DNA from: an uncultured Gammaproteobacteria bacterium
GTDB taxonomy: Bacteria; Patescibacteriota; Microgenomatia; JALYQM01
Direction of reading: 5' to 3'
Assembly: GCA_964535655.1 (NCBI GenBank)
Contig: CAZHTP010000002.1
Span: 154,054 to 218,053 of the forward strand
Length of the DNA stretch: 64,000 nucleotides
The notes under the pieces are model-generated. The model was given only the letters and a program-made list of their open reading frames with translations. It had not been told where the DNA came from and did no database searches. Made by a program: the position numbers and the translations under genes. Below are positions 1 to 9,121 of the stretch, piece by piece. Position 1 is the stretch's first letter, and every line of letters begins with the position of its first letter.

Positions 1-47
1 GAATAAAATGATTGTTAACGATATTATTATTTTATAAGGAGATCGCA

Positions 48-614
48 ATGAAAAAGATACTCAAATGGGGCGGAATAGCTCTACTAGTCTTAATAGTTAT
101 CGGTGCAATAGCATCAAATGGGAGTAATTCATCGAATAATTCAACAAATCAGTCCAACACACAAACTACCCAAACTGCCAATAATACTCAACAAAATACT
201 GCGAGTGCTGTAGTAGGGTTGAATCAACCAGCAACAAGTGATGATCTTACCTTTACTGTTACTAATGTTGCTAAGGCTCAAACACTTGGCAGTCAGTACA
301 CTAAAAAAGATGCTCAGGGTACGTTTTATATTTTGACGGTCAAAATAGAAAATACAGGCAAAAAGACCGTTACTTTTGATAGCTCGATGGCAAAAGTGGT
401 AGATAGCGAAGGTCGAGAGTTTGAACGATCTATAGATGGTCAGACTGCAAAAGGTATGAGTGAAGGCAAGGTAGACTTATTTTTACAACAAATTCAACCC
501 TCGTTATCCTTAACGGGTGATTTAGTATTTGACCTACCAACAACTGTTTCCAATCCTCAACTGCTTGTAAAAGGTGGCTTGTTTTCTAAAGGTGCGAGAA
601 TTAACCTTGAATAA
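48..614 (+). CDS. DUF4352-like membrane-anchored surface protein
   Basis: AAGGAG before ATG at 48; N-terminal TM, N/S/T/Q-rich linker, Ig-like C-terminal domain ending in GDLVFDLP. Confidence 0.75.
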   Translation: MKKILKWGGIALLVLIVIGAIASNGSNSSNNSTNQSNTQTTQTANNTQQNTASAVVGLNQPATSDDLTFTVTNVAKAQTLGSQYTKKDAQGTFYILTVKIENTGKKTVTFDSSMAKVVDSEGREFERSIDGQTAKGMSEGKVDLFLQQIQPSLSLTGDLVFDLPTTVSNPQLLVKGGLFSKGARINLE

Positions 615-721
615 ATTTTGGGATAGATATCCGTTATAGTAGGTGTTATCAAGGATAATGCCTACTATATGATATAATCATACCAAAAATAGCAGTCCTG
701 CCCAAGTAAAAAGGACAACAT

Positions 722-1641
722 ATGAGTGCTGAAAATCGTAACTTGGCGGGTAGCATTATACAAACAGATAACGGTTCATTCTGGTATTGTTGCGGCAACT
801 GGAATCCTGAGGGAGTTTCAGATAGCTTACCCGCAATTCTTGCCTATACCCCTGACACTGGAAAGTATCCAAAAATAGAAGGACAAAAAGTGCTTGAATT
901 TGGTAAGCACCGCTTTCTAAAAGCCTTTGGTACACCATTTCAAATTTATAAGGGCAACTATTTACCTGAAATGGGTAATGTAATTGATGCTACCACACTT
1001 GGCAGAGTGGCGTTCGTTTCAAGACGCCATATCACTGACATTCGCGATCCCCATTCATTCACTGCAAAATATCTCGAAAAGTTGCCAGAAGTACGGGAAA
1101 AACTCCGTAGACTAACAAGATTTCTTGATTTGGATCTTGAAGATTTAGGCATCACGGGCAGTTCTTTAATGATGCCTGAACCAACACTAAGCAAGAAACT
1201 GATTTGGGTATATATGGGAGTGATAAAAGCCGAAAAGCATATAGGATTCTTGAAGACGCACGAAGTAGAGGAGAAATAAAAAGATGGGTAGACAGATATT
1301 ACTTACCGTTCGAATTCGAAGGAACAGCTTTTGATCCTCAGTTTAGCTATGGTCACACGGAAGCTCATCCATTTGAAGGAGTGTCGTTTGGAAAACCAGT
1401 CGAAAGACCAAACACAGAAGTGCTTATAGGCGAGTCGCCTGATGCCATATTTTATCCAGCAGTTTACACCACAAAATCTATGAGGTTAGTAACATTCAGA
1501 CCAGGACAAAGGGGCTACTTTAAGCAAGGTGATCAAGTCGCCTTTGAATCAATTAGTGAAGTTGATGTTAAGTGGAGTAATGGGAATACTGAGCGAGTCT
1601 ATGCCGTAATGAATGATGAAACAGGCAGTGTAAAGGAATAA
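722..1641 (+). pseudogene. Frameshifted Pol-beta-type nucleotidyltransferase (COG1665-like)
   Basis: ORF 722..1279 carries LGITGSSL; the expected DxD-like segment (ETDLGIYG) follows in another frame from ~1195 into ORF 1204..1641. Confidence 0.6.
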
Positions 1642-1644
1642 ACT

Positions 1645-2379
1645 ATGAAAGTAGAAGGTCAAGCAAGTAGAGATGAAACACGATATATCGTAGGGGCAGA
1701 AAATAGCGGTCAACTAGTTACCCATTTGCTCAATAATGGATACGCACCGCTAGAATATGTCCGTCAAGGCGTTCAAACTCTATATTTTACAACTGCAAAA
1801 TTTGAAAAACCCTCATCGGGATATTTAAGAGCGAGAAGATACAAGTTGTTTCCATCTATTGGAACTATTGCTCTTGACGATGACAGTGAATGGAATTTAG
1901 AGCAAAAAGATGCTGATGGTCAAAAACAGCGTATTTCACTACCATACGGTGAAATTAGGGCTTTACTTGCTGATCCTCAGCGTAGAGAATCACTCACCCA
2001 AGCCGTCACACCTCTTCGGAGAATTAGTACAGAACCAGTTGGAGTCGTAGCCGCAACAGAATGGATAAGAACTCACTTTGTAAATCCTACTGATTCGGGA
2101 TTACGAATCACACTGGATAGTTCAAAAAGGTACTATGGCTACATGTGGGGACAATCAGAAGGTGAACTAATGGGAGTAGTTGATGGATTATTTGTTGAAC
2201 TAAAACAAGAAACTTCACAAAATGGGATAGATGTACGAAAATTATTAGGAGATGTACCATACACAGTAATAGATGATAAGTGGCATGAAGCACAAATGCG
2301 TGAAATGTATGGCAAATACATGCTAAGAAGGATAAAAGGAGTAACACATGAAACCGTCAGTGAAAGCGTTAATAGTTAA
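1645..2379 (+). CDS. VTC/CYTH (triphosphate tunnel) domain protein
   Basis: Motifs TLYF, LRARRY, EQK, RTHF, LRITLD, VELK typical of the VTC domain. Confidence 0.65.
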   Translation: MKVEGQASRDETRYIVGAENSGQLVTHLLNNGYAPLEYVRQGVQTLYFTTAKFEKPSSGYLRARRYKLFPSIGTIALDDDSEWNLEQKDADGQKQRISLPYGEIRALLADPQRRESLTQAVTPLRRISTEPVGVVAATEWIRTHFVNPTDSGLRITLDSSKRYYGYMWGQSEGELMGVVDGLFVELKQETSQNGIDVRKLLGDVPYTVIDDKWHEAQMREMYGKYMLRRIKGVTHETVSESVNS

Positions 2380-2797
2380 TAATAAAAAGTTATTGCTCAT
2401 TTTGCGTGACAATATTCCTACAATCACCGATCCAAATAAATGGTCATTGGCAGGTGGTGAAATAGAAGAAGGCGAAACTGACCGACAATCACTCGTGCGA
2501 GAACTGCAAGAAGAATTGAATATGCAACCAAAACAAGTAATATATTTGGGTAAAATGACGGTAGGAGTAGATCACTCATTTTATTTTGTCCCATTAAGTG
2601 ACGAAGAGGTTCACCAACTAAAATTAGGTAATGAAGGGCAAGAATTCAAATTCTTTTCAGTGGATGAAATAAGTAATCTTGACTTAGCTCAAAATATCTC
2701 AAAATATTTCCCCTTAGTGAAAGATCATCTTAAAGAAATAATTGAGGAAAATAAAAAGCCAGATTTACAACGTTTAGGACTTTCAATTAGTCATTAA
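2348..2797 (+). CDS. Nudix hydrolase
   Basis: Nudix box GGEIEEGETDRQSLVRELQEELN. Confidence 0.9.
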   Translation: MKPSVKALIVNNKKLLLILRDNIPTITDPNKWSLAGGEIEEGETDRQSLVRELQEELNMQPKQVIYLGKMTVGVDHSFYFVPLSDEEVHQLKLGNEGQEFKFFSVDEISNLDLAQNISKYFPLVKDHLKEIIEENKKPDLQRLGLSISH

Positions 2798-3073
2798 CGC
2801 TGAAACGGCTTTGATTGCGTCTACGAATGGTTGATCCTGAGCCTTAGTTTCCTCAGATAGCTCACTAAAAGGAACAATAGACTTGTGTTGAGGATCTATT
2901 GTGAACATCCAAGCTGACCATACATGATGGACATCTTCTCTGCTAACAGTTTGCCCTTTAATCAGCACCAGTACGGCATACAGTGCAAATAAGGCAGAGG
3001 TATCGCCTGATGGTAAAGAACTCTTCGGAATTTGCTCTTTAACTAAAGTGGCTATTTTTTCTATGTATGACAT
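2783..3073 (-). CDS. Small protein with RyR-repeat-like motif
   Basis: HHVW...HKSIVPFSELSEETKAQD resembles the RyR repeat consensus H..W...H..LVPY..L....K..D; overlaps the upstream gene. Confidence 0.55.
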   Translation of the reverse strand: MSYIEKIATLVKEQIPKSSLPSGDTSALFALYAVLVLIKGQTVSREDVHHVWSAWMFTIDPQHKSIVPFSELSEETKAQDQPFVDAIKAVSALMTN

Positions 3074-3519
3074 ACTGCTTTTATTAAACTTTCAAAGTCT
3101 ATCATACTGATTAACAAATAAAAGTAAAATAGGATAAATAAGAATGGAACTATTCGCTCAACTTGTCCAAGCTCTGCATATCGTTTACGCCAAGATTTAA
3201 CTGGATCTTGCTTTAACTTACTCCATTCATCGGTAAAAGGTTTAAGTGGCAGTGAAACTTCCATTTCCTGAATCACCTGAAATTTCGCACTATTCAACTC
3301 ACGGTAACTTTTCAGAAGCATCCACCATGAAACGCAAAAGACAAGACCGATTAACGCAAGAAAAACAGTATTAACTTTATCATGCAATAACAGCAGGCCT
3401 GAGTTGAGAGTTAAGAAGAACGTATTTGCGGTGTCTCTTCTACCTGAAACCTTGTCTGCCATTTCTACCGCAAGCTTATATGTTTCAAATGGTATATTTT
3501 TATCGCCATCATTAGACAT
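3061..3519 (-). CDS. Small integral membrane protein, putative pore-type defence effector
   Basis: YKLAVEMADKVSGRRDTANTFFLTLNS, hydrophobic segments, SYRELNSAKFQVIQEME; coupled to the TIR gene. Confidence 0.6.
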   Translation of the reverse strand: MSNDGDKNIPFETYKLAVEMADKVSGRRDTANTFFLTLNSGLLLLHDKVNTVFLALIGLVFCVSWWMLLKSYRELNSAKFQVIQEMEVSLPLKPFTDEWSKLKQDPVKSWRKRYAELGQVERIVPFLFILFYFYLLISMIDFESLIKAVCHT

Positions 3520-3521
3520 GA

Positions 3522-3902
3522 CTATACCCACCGCTTCAACTCATCAACAATGTCTTTGAAGTTCCATCGTATAACTCGATTGGATGACAATCCCTCAGGA
3601 ATGATGTAAGTCTTATCTTTATTGATCTGGATGCCAAATATAGGATGCTTTTGTCTTAGCGTTTCAGCAATTTCCCATAAACATGCTTCCGAAGAATACG
3701 TTTGCGATCCAATTAAAACGATTGTTCCATGAGTCCTAGCAATTCTTTCCTTACAATTCGTCTTCCACTTTTTACTGAATGGTTCATGAACAGAATAATC
3801 GTGAAACTCTATATCATTATCTTGATCTTTTGCATGCTGAACAAGAAACTCTCTTGCCCATTTATCTTCCATTTGAAAACTAATAAATGCACGGGGTGTC
3901 AT
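3522..3902 (-). CDS. TIR domain protein (MTH538/DUF1863, ThsB-like)
   Basis: AFISF, DYSV.EPF, TIVLIG..T..S...WEI (catalytic Glu); AAGGAGG SD before ATG at 3902. Confidence 0.85.
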   Translation of the reverse strand: MTPRAFISFQMEDKWAREFLVQHAKDQDNDIEFHDYSVHEPFSKKWKTNCKERIARTHGTIVLIGSQTYSSEACLWEIAETLRQKHPIFGIQINKDKTYIIPEGLSSNRVIRWNFKDIVDELKRWV

Positions 3903-3971
3903 AATCTGCCTCCTTATGACCATGTAATGACACAATTTTATAACAAAAAATGAATAAATATAGAAGCAATC

Positions 3972-4193
3972 CTACTTACTATTTCGTAACTTTGTGTTGA
4001 TATCGTGTAGTAGTGCCTTATCAGTTGTTTCTGTTGATGTAACAGATACTTTTAGTGATTTTATAGGAGATAACGGATTATTGAACATGACATTGGGAAA
4101 CGAAAGTCTCAGTACAGTACCTTTTGTCATCCAATTCCGTACGACATCTTGCACTGATGGTAGCTCGGTGGCTTGTTCTTTGTTGTCTCTCAT
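3972..4193 (-). CDS. Hypothetical protein
   Basis: 73-aa ORF co-oriented with the TIR cassette; no motif recognised. Confidence 0.3.
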   Translation of the reverse strand: MRDNKEQATELPSVQDVVRNWMTKGTVLRLSFPNVMFNNPLSPIKSLKVSVTSTETTDKALLHDINTKLRNSK

Positions 4194-4370
4194 TTTGCCC
4201 TATTCTAACAAACAGCTTATCCAACCCGCCATAGGAAAAAACTAACGGAAGTGGTTTGTATTTAGTTTTTGGTATAATAAGGTTGGTAGATAGTTCGTGG
4301 TGCGAACGTCTAACCCACACCAGAGCTTCAACATCATGCTAGATATTCAATAATGTGATATCATATAAAT

Positions 4371-4625
4371 ATGAAAGATATTATTATTCAAGATCCAGAG
4401 ATTCTCGGTGGAAAACCCATAATTGCGAGTTCGCGGATGTCTGTAGAAACCATATTAGAGCTTATCTCATCTGGGTTGGAGATAGGAGACATTCTAAAAG
4501 AGTATCCTTATCTAACTAAAGAACAAGTGCAAGCAGCAGTTGATTATGCCGCAAAAATTATGAGCAAAGAAGAACGATACATATTCACTAATCCAAAAAC
4601 GTCTTCCTATGAAATTCCTAGCTGA
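4371..4625 (+). CDS. DUF433 antitoxin
   Basis: DPEILGGKPII..SRMSV..ILE......I..IL.EYPYLT. Confidence 0.9.
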   Translation: MKDIIIQDPEILGGKPIIASSRMSVETILELISSGLEIGDILKEYPYLTKEQVQAAVDYAAKIMSKEERYIFTNPKTSSYEIPS

Positions 4626-4857
4626 TATAAATATCCCTCAATCTGTCATTAAGCACTTAATAGAAATAGGTCATTCTGCCCTTTCGCAGTTCCCGCTGTA
4701 TCAGCATTCAACGATCGTAATTCGATTAAGAAATTTAAACCCTGAAAATATCAGAATTCACTTAGACGAACTCCTCAAGAATCAAAAAGAAGAGATCTTA
4801 ACTAAATCACTAACGATTGTAAAAGATGAATCTGCACTTTCTTACGGTTTCTCTTAA
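4609..4857 (+). pseudogene. DUF5615/PIN-like toxin with internal deletion
   Basis: Starts MKFLADINIP...L...GH but lacks the central D..I...A...T.D.DF block; only 82 aa; overlaps the DUF433 gene. Confidence 0.65.
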
Positions 4858-5293
4858 TCGTGATTAGTTAGGAAATATTTTATATCTTTACTTAATAATA
4901 CAATCTCTTCATAATAATTAGTTCGTAACGTATCCACTAGAGCCCACAAATATTAATCTAAGCCTATTACCATTAAAAGCATGACCATAGAATCAATTGG
5001 CGGAATTTCCTACTTTATTTTCAGATATTATGGAAGATTCATTTTATTTCTCATAGTATATTATCTGATAGGGAAAATCACGCAGATAAGGGCTTGATTG
5101 GATTAGTGGGATTTATTTTTCTTCTCATTCTCCAAAAGATTCGATCCAGTATAATAAAAGTGATTCTCATCACCGCAATGCTTATCTTCCTGTTACAAAA
5201 TCAACATAAAGTAGGAGAAGCAACATCGTCAGCTCAACCTCAAACACAAGAAGTCACTTGGTACGATCAAAAGACATATACCGACAATACTTT

Positions 5294-5375
5294 CCTTTAA
5301 ATACGCGCAAAGCTGGTACACCAAAAAGTATTATTGAAGATATAGGACTGTCAGTCGAAGAATTTACAAAACTTC
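5294..5375 (+). pseudogene. HicA-like toxin C-terminal remnant
   Basis: Unannotated frame reads PLNTRKAGTPKSIIEDIGLSVEEFTKL, like the HicA tail GTLxSILKQAGLSVEEF. Confidence 0.45.
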
Positions 5376-5564
5376 AGCATGCAGCATCGTCGGCAAATTT
5401 TTGCAACAGAGCACAATAGTGTTAAGTCTAAGACAGATCAAACATCTATACAACGGTTTATGATACGTTTGAGTTGTATGGCGAATAATTTGAACAGAGC
5501 TTGACTCAGTCAAGTTTTTCTAGTATTAAATAATAAAGGGACCCCACATGGCAGGGGATTTTTT

Positions 5565-6626
5565 ATGCGTCAGACAAATATTCCGTTAGCACTATCCTAT
5601 GGTGATGTGTTGCTCGTTCCACAATATTCAAAAGTACGCTCCAGAAAAGATATTAATTTAAAAACTAAAATCGCTCATAATCTGGAATTAAACTCACCAC
5701 TTATGTCCGTTAACATGGACACGATAACCGATATCGACATGGCGGTTGCATTAAGTAACAACAATGCTATTGGGTGCCTACCGCGTTTTGATAAGCCTGA
5801 ACTCCAAGCAGATAAAATGCAAAAAATTACCGATGCCGGTGCCCGCGCAATCGGGGCCATTGAAGTTAATGGGGATTTTATAACCCGTTCCGAGATGTTA
5901 CTTAAAGCAGGAGCAATCGCATTGACCATCGATACCCCACATGCACATACTGCTTTTACCATCGAAGCCATTACAACGTTTAAATCTCATTTTAAAGACG
6001 TCCCCCTTCTCGTTGGAACAATTGCTACCTATCAAGCGGCGTATGATCTCTTTGAAGCGGGTGCTGATTCGGTTTGTGTCGGGATTGGAGCAGGAACCAT
6101 TTGCACGACCCGTATTGTTGCGGGCTCCGGTGTTCCACAAATTACCGCAATTCTTGAAGCTACCCGTGCCAAGGAAAAATTTCCTGGTAGGCATGTCATT
6201 GCCGATGGAGGAATTGTTAATTCTGGAGATATTGTCAAAGCGTTAGCCGCTGGTGCAAGTGCCGTAAAAATTGGATCACTATTTGCCGGAACAGACGAGT
6301 CTCCGGGGACCATTCTTGAAATAGAAGGAAAATTATATAAAGAATATAACGGTTCAACTTCCCGCACTGAAAAGTTACGGCAACTAAAAAAAGACGCGAG
6401 TGGCAAAGAAAATCACTTTATTACTCATGTCGAAGGAGTTGAATCTCTTGTTCCCTATAAAGGTTCCGTTATCAATATAGTTGAAACTTTACTTGCCGGA
6501 GTTCGCTCAGGTATGAGCTACAGCGGTGCTCTAACGGTCGAGGAGCTGTGGGAAAAAGCGGAATTTGTTCAAATCACTGCTGCCGGGCTCCGCGAAAGCC
6601 AAAGCCACGACGTAATTTTACGGTAA
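5565..6626 (+). CDS. guaB: IMP dehydrogenase / GMP reductase family, CBS-less
   Basis: [16 protein letters not shown], catalytic [32 protein letters not shown]. Confidence 0.85.
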   Translation: MRQTNIPLALSYGDVLLVPQYSKVRSRKDINLKTKIAHNLELNSPLMSVNMDTITDIDMAVALSNNNAIGCLPRFDKPELQADKMQKITDAGARAIGAIEVNGDFITRSEMLLKAGAIALTIDTPHAHTAFTIEAITTFKSHFKDVPLLVGTIATYQAAYDLFEAGADSVCVGIGAGTICTTRIVAGSGVPQITAILEATRAKEKFPGRHVIADGGIVNSGDIVKALAAGASAVKIGSLFAGTDESPGTILEIEGKLYKEYNGSTSRTEKLRQLKKDASGKENHFITHVEGVESLVPYKGSVINIVETLLAGVRSGMSYSGALTVEELWEKAEFVQITAAGLRESQSHDVILR

Positions 6627-6649
6627 GTATATCTGGTATAATTGGTGCG

Positions 6650-8026
6650 ATGAATTATTTTATCCAAACTTTCGGTTGTCAGGCTAACAAAGCCGATTCC
6701 GAGCGTATGGCCGGAGTCCTCGAAGCCATGGGAATCGAAGAGGCAACAGAAGCCTCTGCCGCCGACGTGATAATCCTTAATACCTGTTCGGTGCGGCAAT
6801 CAGCCGAAAACCGGGTATATTCACGCATGGAATCACTCCGCGAGTTAAAAAAGTCCAAACCAAATCTAAAAGTAATTGTAGCCGGTTGTATGATTGGCCC
6901 TCATGGGGATGCTCCGCGTGATAGTAAAATCTCTGACCGCCTCGAAGGTGCCGATAAGCTCGTGGGAACGCAGGATTATTCTCGTTTATGGGAAATATTC
7001 AAGGATCTTAAGCCAACTCCCGCAGAGTATCTTTCCCAAAGAATCCCCTATAAAAAAATGGAAAAAGACCAGGGCTTTGTCTTAATTTCCTCTGGATGCA
7101 ATAATTTTTGCACCTTTTGTATCGTTCCGTATGCCAGGGGCAAAGAGATCTCGCGTCCATTTGAAGAAATCATCCAAGAGGTGAACGAATTAGTCTCAAA
7201 AGGATACAAACGCATCACACTCCTTGGACAGAATGTTAACTCGTATGGGGCAGATTTAATATTAGGAAAACCACTGGGTGGGGACCGCCTACAGATTAAC
7301 GAATTAAAACGACGAAAAAAACTTGGTCTACCTCTCGTAAAAGATGCAGAAAATACCGTTGCTGGTCCCTATGAAGATCTTAATGCAGTGCAAAAAGCCG
7401 CCGATGCCGTAAATACAGTTAAACTTCCTGGCGATATCGAAGTTAAGCCAGTGTATGTTAAGCATTTGGGGAAAACTCGAGTACCAACACTATTCCCTCA
7501 TCTCCTCGAAGCGGTCTGCAACATTCCAGGAGTAGAAGAGGTTTCGTTTATGTCCTCAAATCCATGGGATTTCTCCAATGAACTTATTGCTACTATCGCT
7601 CGCAATAAAAAGATAGATCGCCAAATCCATTTACCAGTACAGTCAGGGGATAACGAAATCTTGAAAAAAATGAATCGGTGGTACTCTCGAGAAGAATATA
7701 TTGCGCTAACCAAAAAAATTCGTAACGTGGTTCCCGGTGTTACGTTTACAACCGACATTATTGTCGGGTTCCCAGGTGAAACAGAAGAGCAGTTTAAAAA
7801 TACCGTTGATCTTGTCAGGCATGTTGGTTTTAAAGTAGCATTTATCGCCGAATATTCAGTACGTCCGGGCACCGCCGCTTCAATGATGAGGGATGATATT
7901 AAAAACTGGGACAAAAAACGCCGCTTTCAAGTTCTTGATGAACTCATAAACGGCGTTAAACATTCGGAGCATGCACCAGTCAAAGTTCCTGAGCTAAGTA
8001 ATGGAAGCAATCTTAGCTCGGTATAA
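6650..8026 (+). CDS. miaB: tRNA methylthiotransferase, MiaB family (radical SAM)
   Basis: TFGCQAN, NTCSVR, CNNFCTFC, GQNVNSYG, HLPVQSG, DIIVGFPGET; no TRAM domain. Confidence 0.85.
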   Translation: MNYFIQTFGCQANKADSERMAGVLEAMGIEEATEASAADVIILNTCSVRQSAENRVYSRMESLRELKKSKPNLKVIVAGCMIGPHGDAPRDSKISDRLEGADKLVGTQDYSRLWEIFKDLKPTPAEYLSQRIPYKKMEKDQGFVLISSGCNNFCTFCIVPYARGKEISRPFEEIIQEVNELVSKGYKRITLLGQNVNSYGADLILGKPLGGDRLQINELKRRKKLGLPLVKDAENTVAGPYEDLNAVQKAADAVNTVKLPGDIEVKPVYVKHLGKTRVPTLFPHLLEAVCNIPGVEEVSFMSSNPWDFSNELIATIARNKKIDRQIHLPVQSGDNEILKKMNRWYSREEYIALTKKIRNVVPGVTFTTDIIVGFPGETEEQFKNTVDLVRHVGFKVAFIAEYSVRPGTAASMMRDDIKNWDKKRRFQVLDELINGVKHSEHAPVKVPELSNGSNLSSV

Positions 8027-9118
8027 TGTCTTATTTTTTATAATAGCAAAAAGATCTATTTCATTCTCTGCGATATAGTCAAATATCTCTTTTCTGACAT
8101 CTCCATTTGTCGTTACCAAAAAAGACTCTAAAATATCGGTAGGGTCTATAAGAGAATCTTTAATCACACTGAGTATTGAATCTACTTGATCAGAAGTTGA
8201 TAATTCAAAATTAGATAAGCCATGTTCTTTTGCAATGAGCTTCAATCTTCCTTTTGTCAGTTCATCAAGTAGACCTTCAGAACAAAAGTTCATTAGCAGC
8301 TTAGTACCATTTAAGGTAGTTTGTTTAGAATGACATTCAAATACTGCCCTTGCGGTGATTGGATCGGAAGCTGCTTTAGAAAGTAAGGAATCAGTAGAAT
8401 GCTGAAGCGCAAACATTTCATTGGTAAGATTTATAAATTTAATCGAATCTGAAGAGTGATTAAGTGCAAAATCAAGTTCGGCGATTTTTCCCGCAATCGT
8501 CTTCCATTGTGGATAGCGTAATATATTCTGAGCAAGTCGGATAAAATCGCCATTTGTAACTGTTTTAAAGTAATCACCTTTTTCTGGGTTATAGTCTCCC
8601 TTAGCAAGGAAATCATGTAAAAACCCTGCAAAAATACTTAATTCTACCTCATCATCGCAACCAATCGCGTCATAAAACTCGTCACTTTTGTCTGGCCTAA
8701 GCTCTCGCATTAGTCTTCTGAGAATTGCGTTCGATTCTTCATAAATCGGGTGTTCAATGTCCAGTATGGGATCGATATTGCGATTAGAAATTTCGAAAGC
8801 CATAGCAAAAAATGAAGCATCACGAACTTTTTCGCCAACACGATACATCCGTGATCGTATTTGCAATTCTGAAACATTCCGCTCGTCCGTATACTCAGGA
8901 GAGACAGTGGTGGTGTATACTCTACCTTCAAAAGGAACGTACACTTTAGTGGCTGGAGCAAACAAGCTACCTAATATAAAGAAGTCAGCAATATCTTGAG
9001 AACTTAAAATACCAATCTTTCGTGCAGCTAATTCATGGGCAGCAATTACATCGCACGCATCTGAAATCAAGCTATAGTCTAAATTTTTATTTCCAAGTTC
9101 TCGGTTTTCATCTTCCAT
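7994..9118 (-). CDS. Hypothetical protein
   Basis: 374-aa ORF directly downstream of the PMT gene; no motif recognised. Confidence 0.6.
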   Translation of the reverse strand: MEDENRELGNKNLDYSLISDACDVIAAHELAARKIGILSSQDIADFFILGSLFAPATKVYVPFEGRVYTTTVSPEYTDERNVSELQIRSRMYRVGEKVRDASFFAMAFEISNRNIDPILDIEHPIYEESNAILRRLMRELRPDKSDEFYDAIGCDDEVELSIFAGFLHDFLAKGDYNPEKGDYFKTVTNGDFIRLAQNILRYPQWKTIAGKIAELDFALNHSSDSIKFINLTNEMFALQHSTDSLLSKAASDPITARAVFECHSKQTTLNGTKLLMNFCSEGLLDELTKGRLKLIAKEHGLSNFELSTSDQVDSILSVIKDSLIDPTDILESFLVTTNGDVRKEIFDYIAENEIDLFAIIKNKTLYRAKIASIT

Positions 9119-9121
9119 AAA

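Noticed and set aside
2783-3902. Canonical Thoeris call
   Set aside because: No SIR2/SLOG or Macro-domain ThsA adjacent
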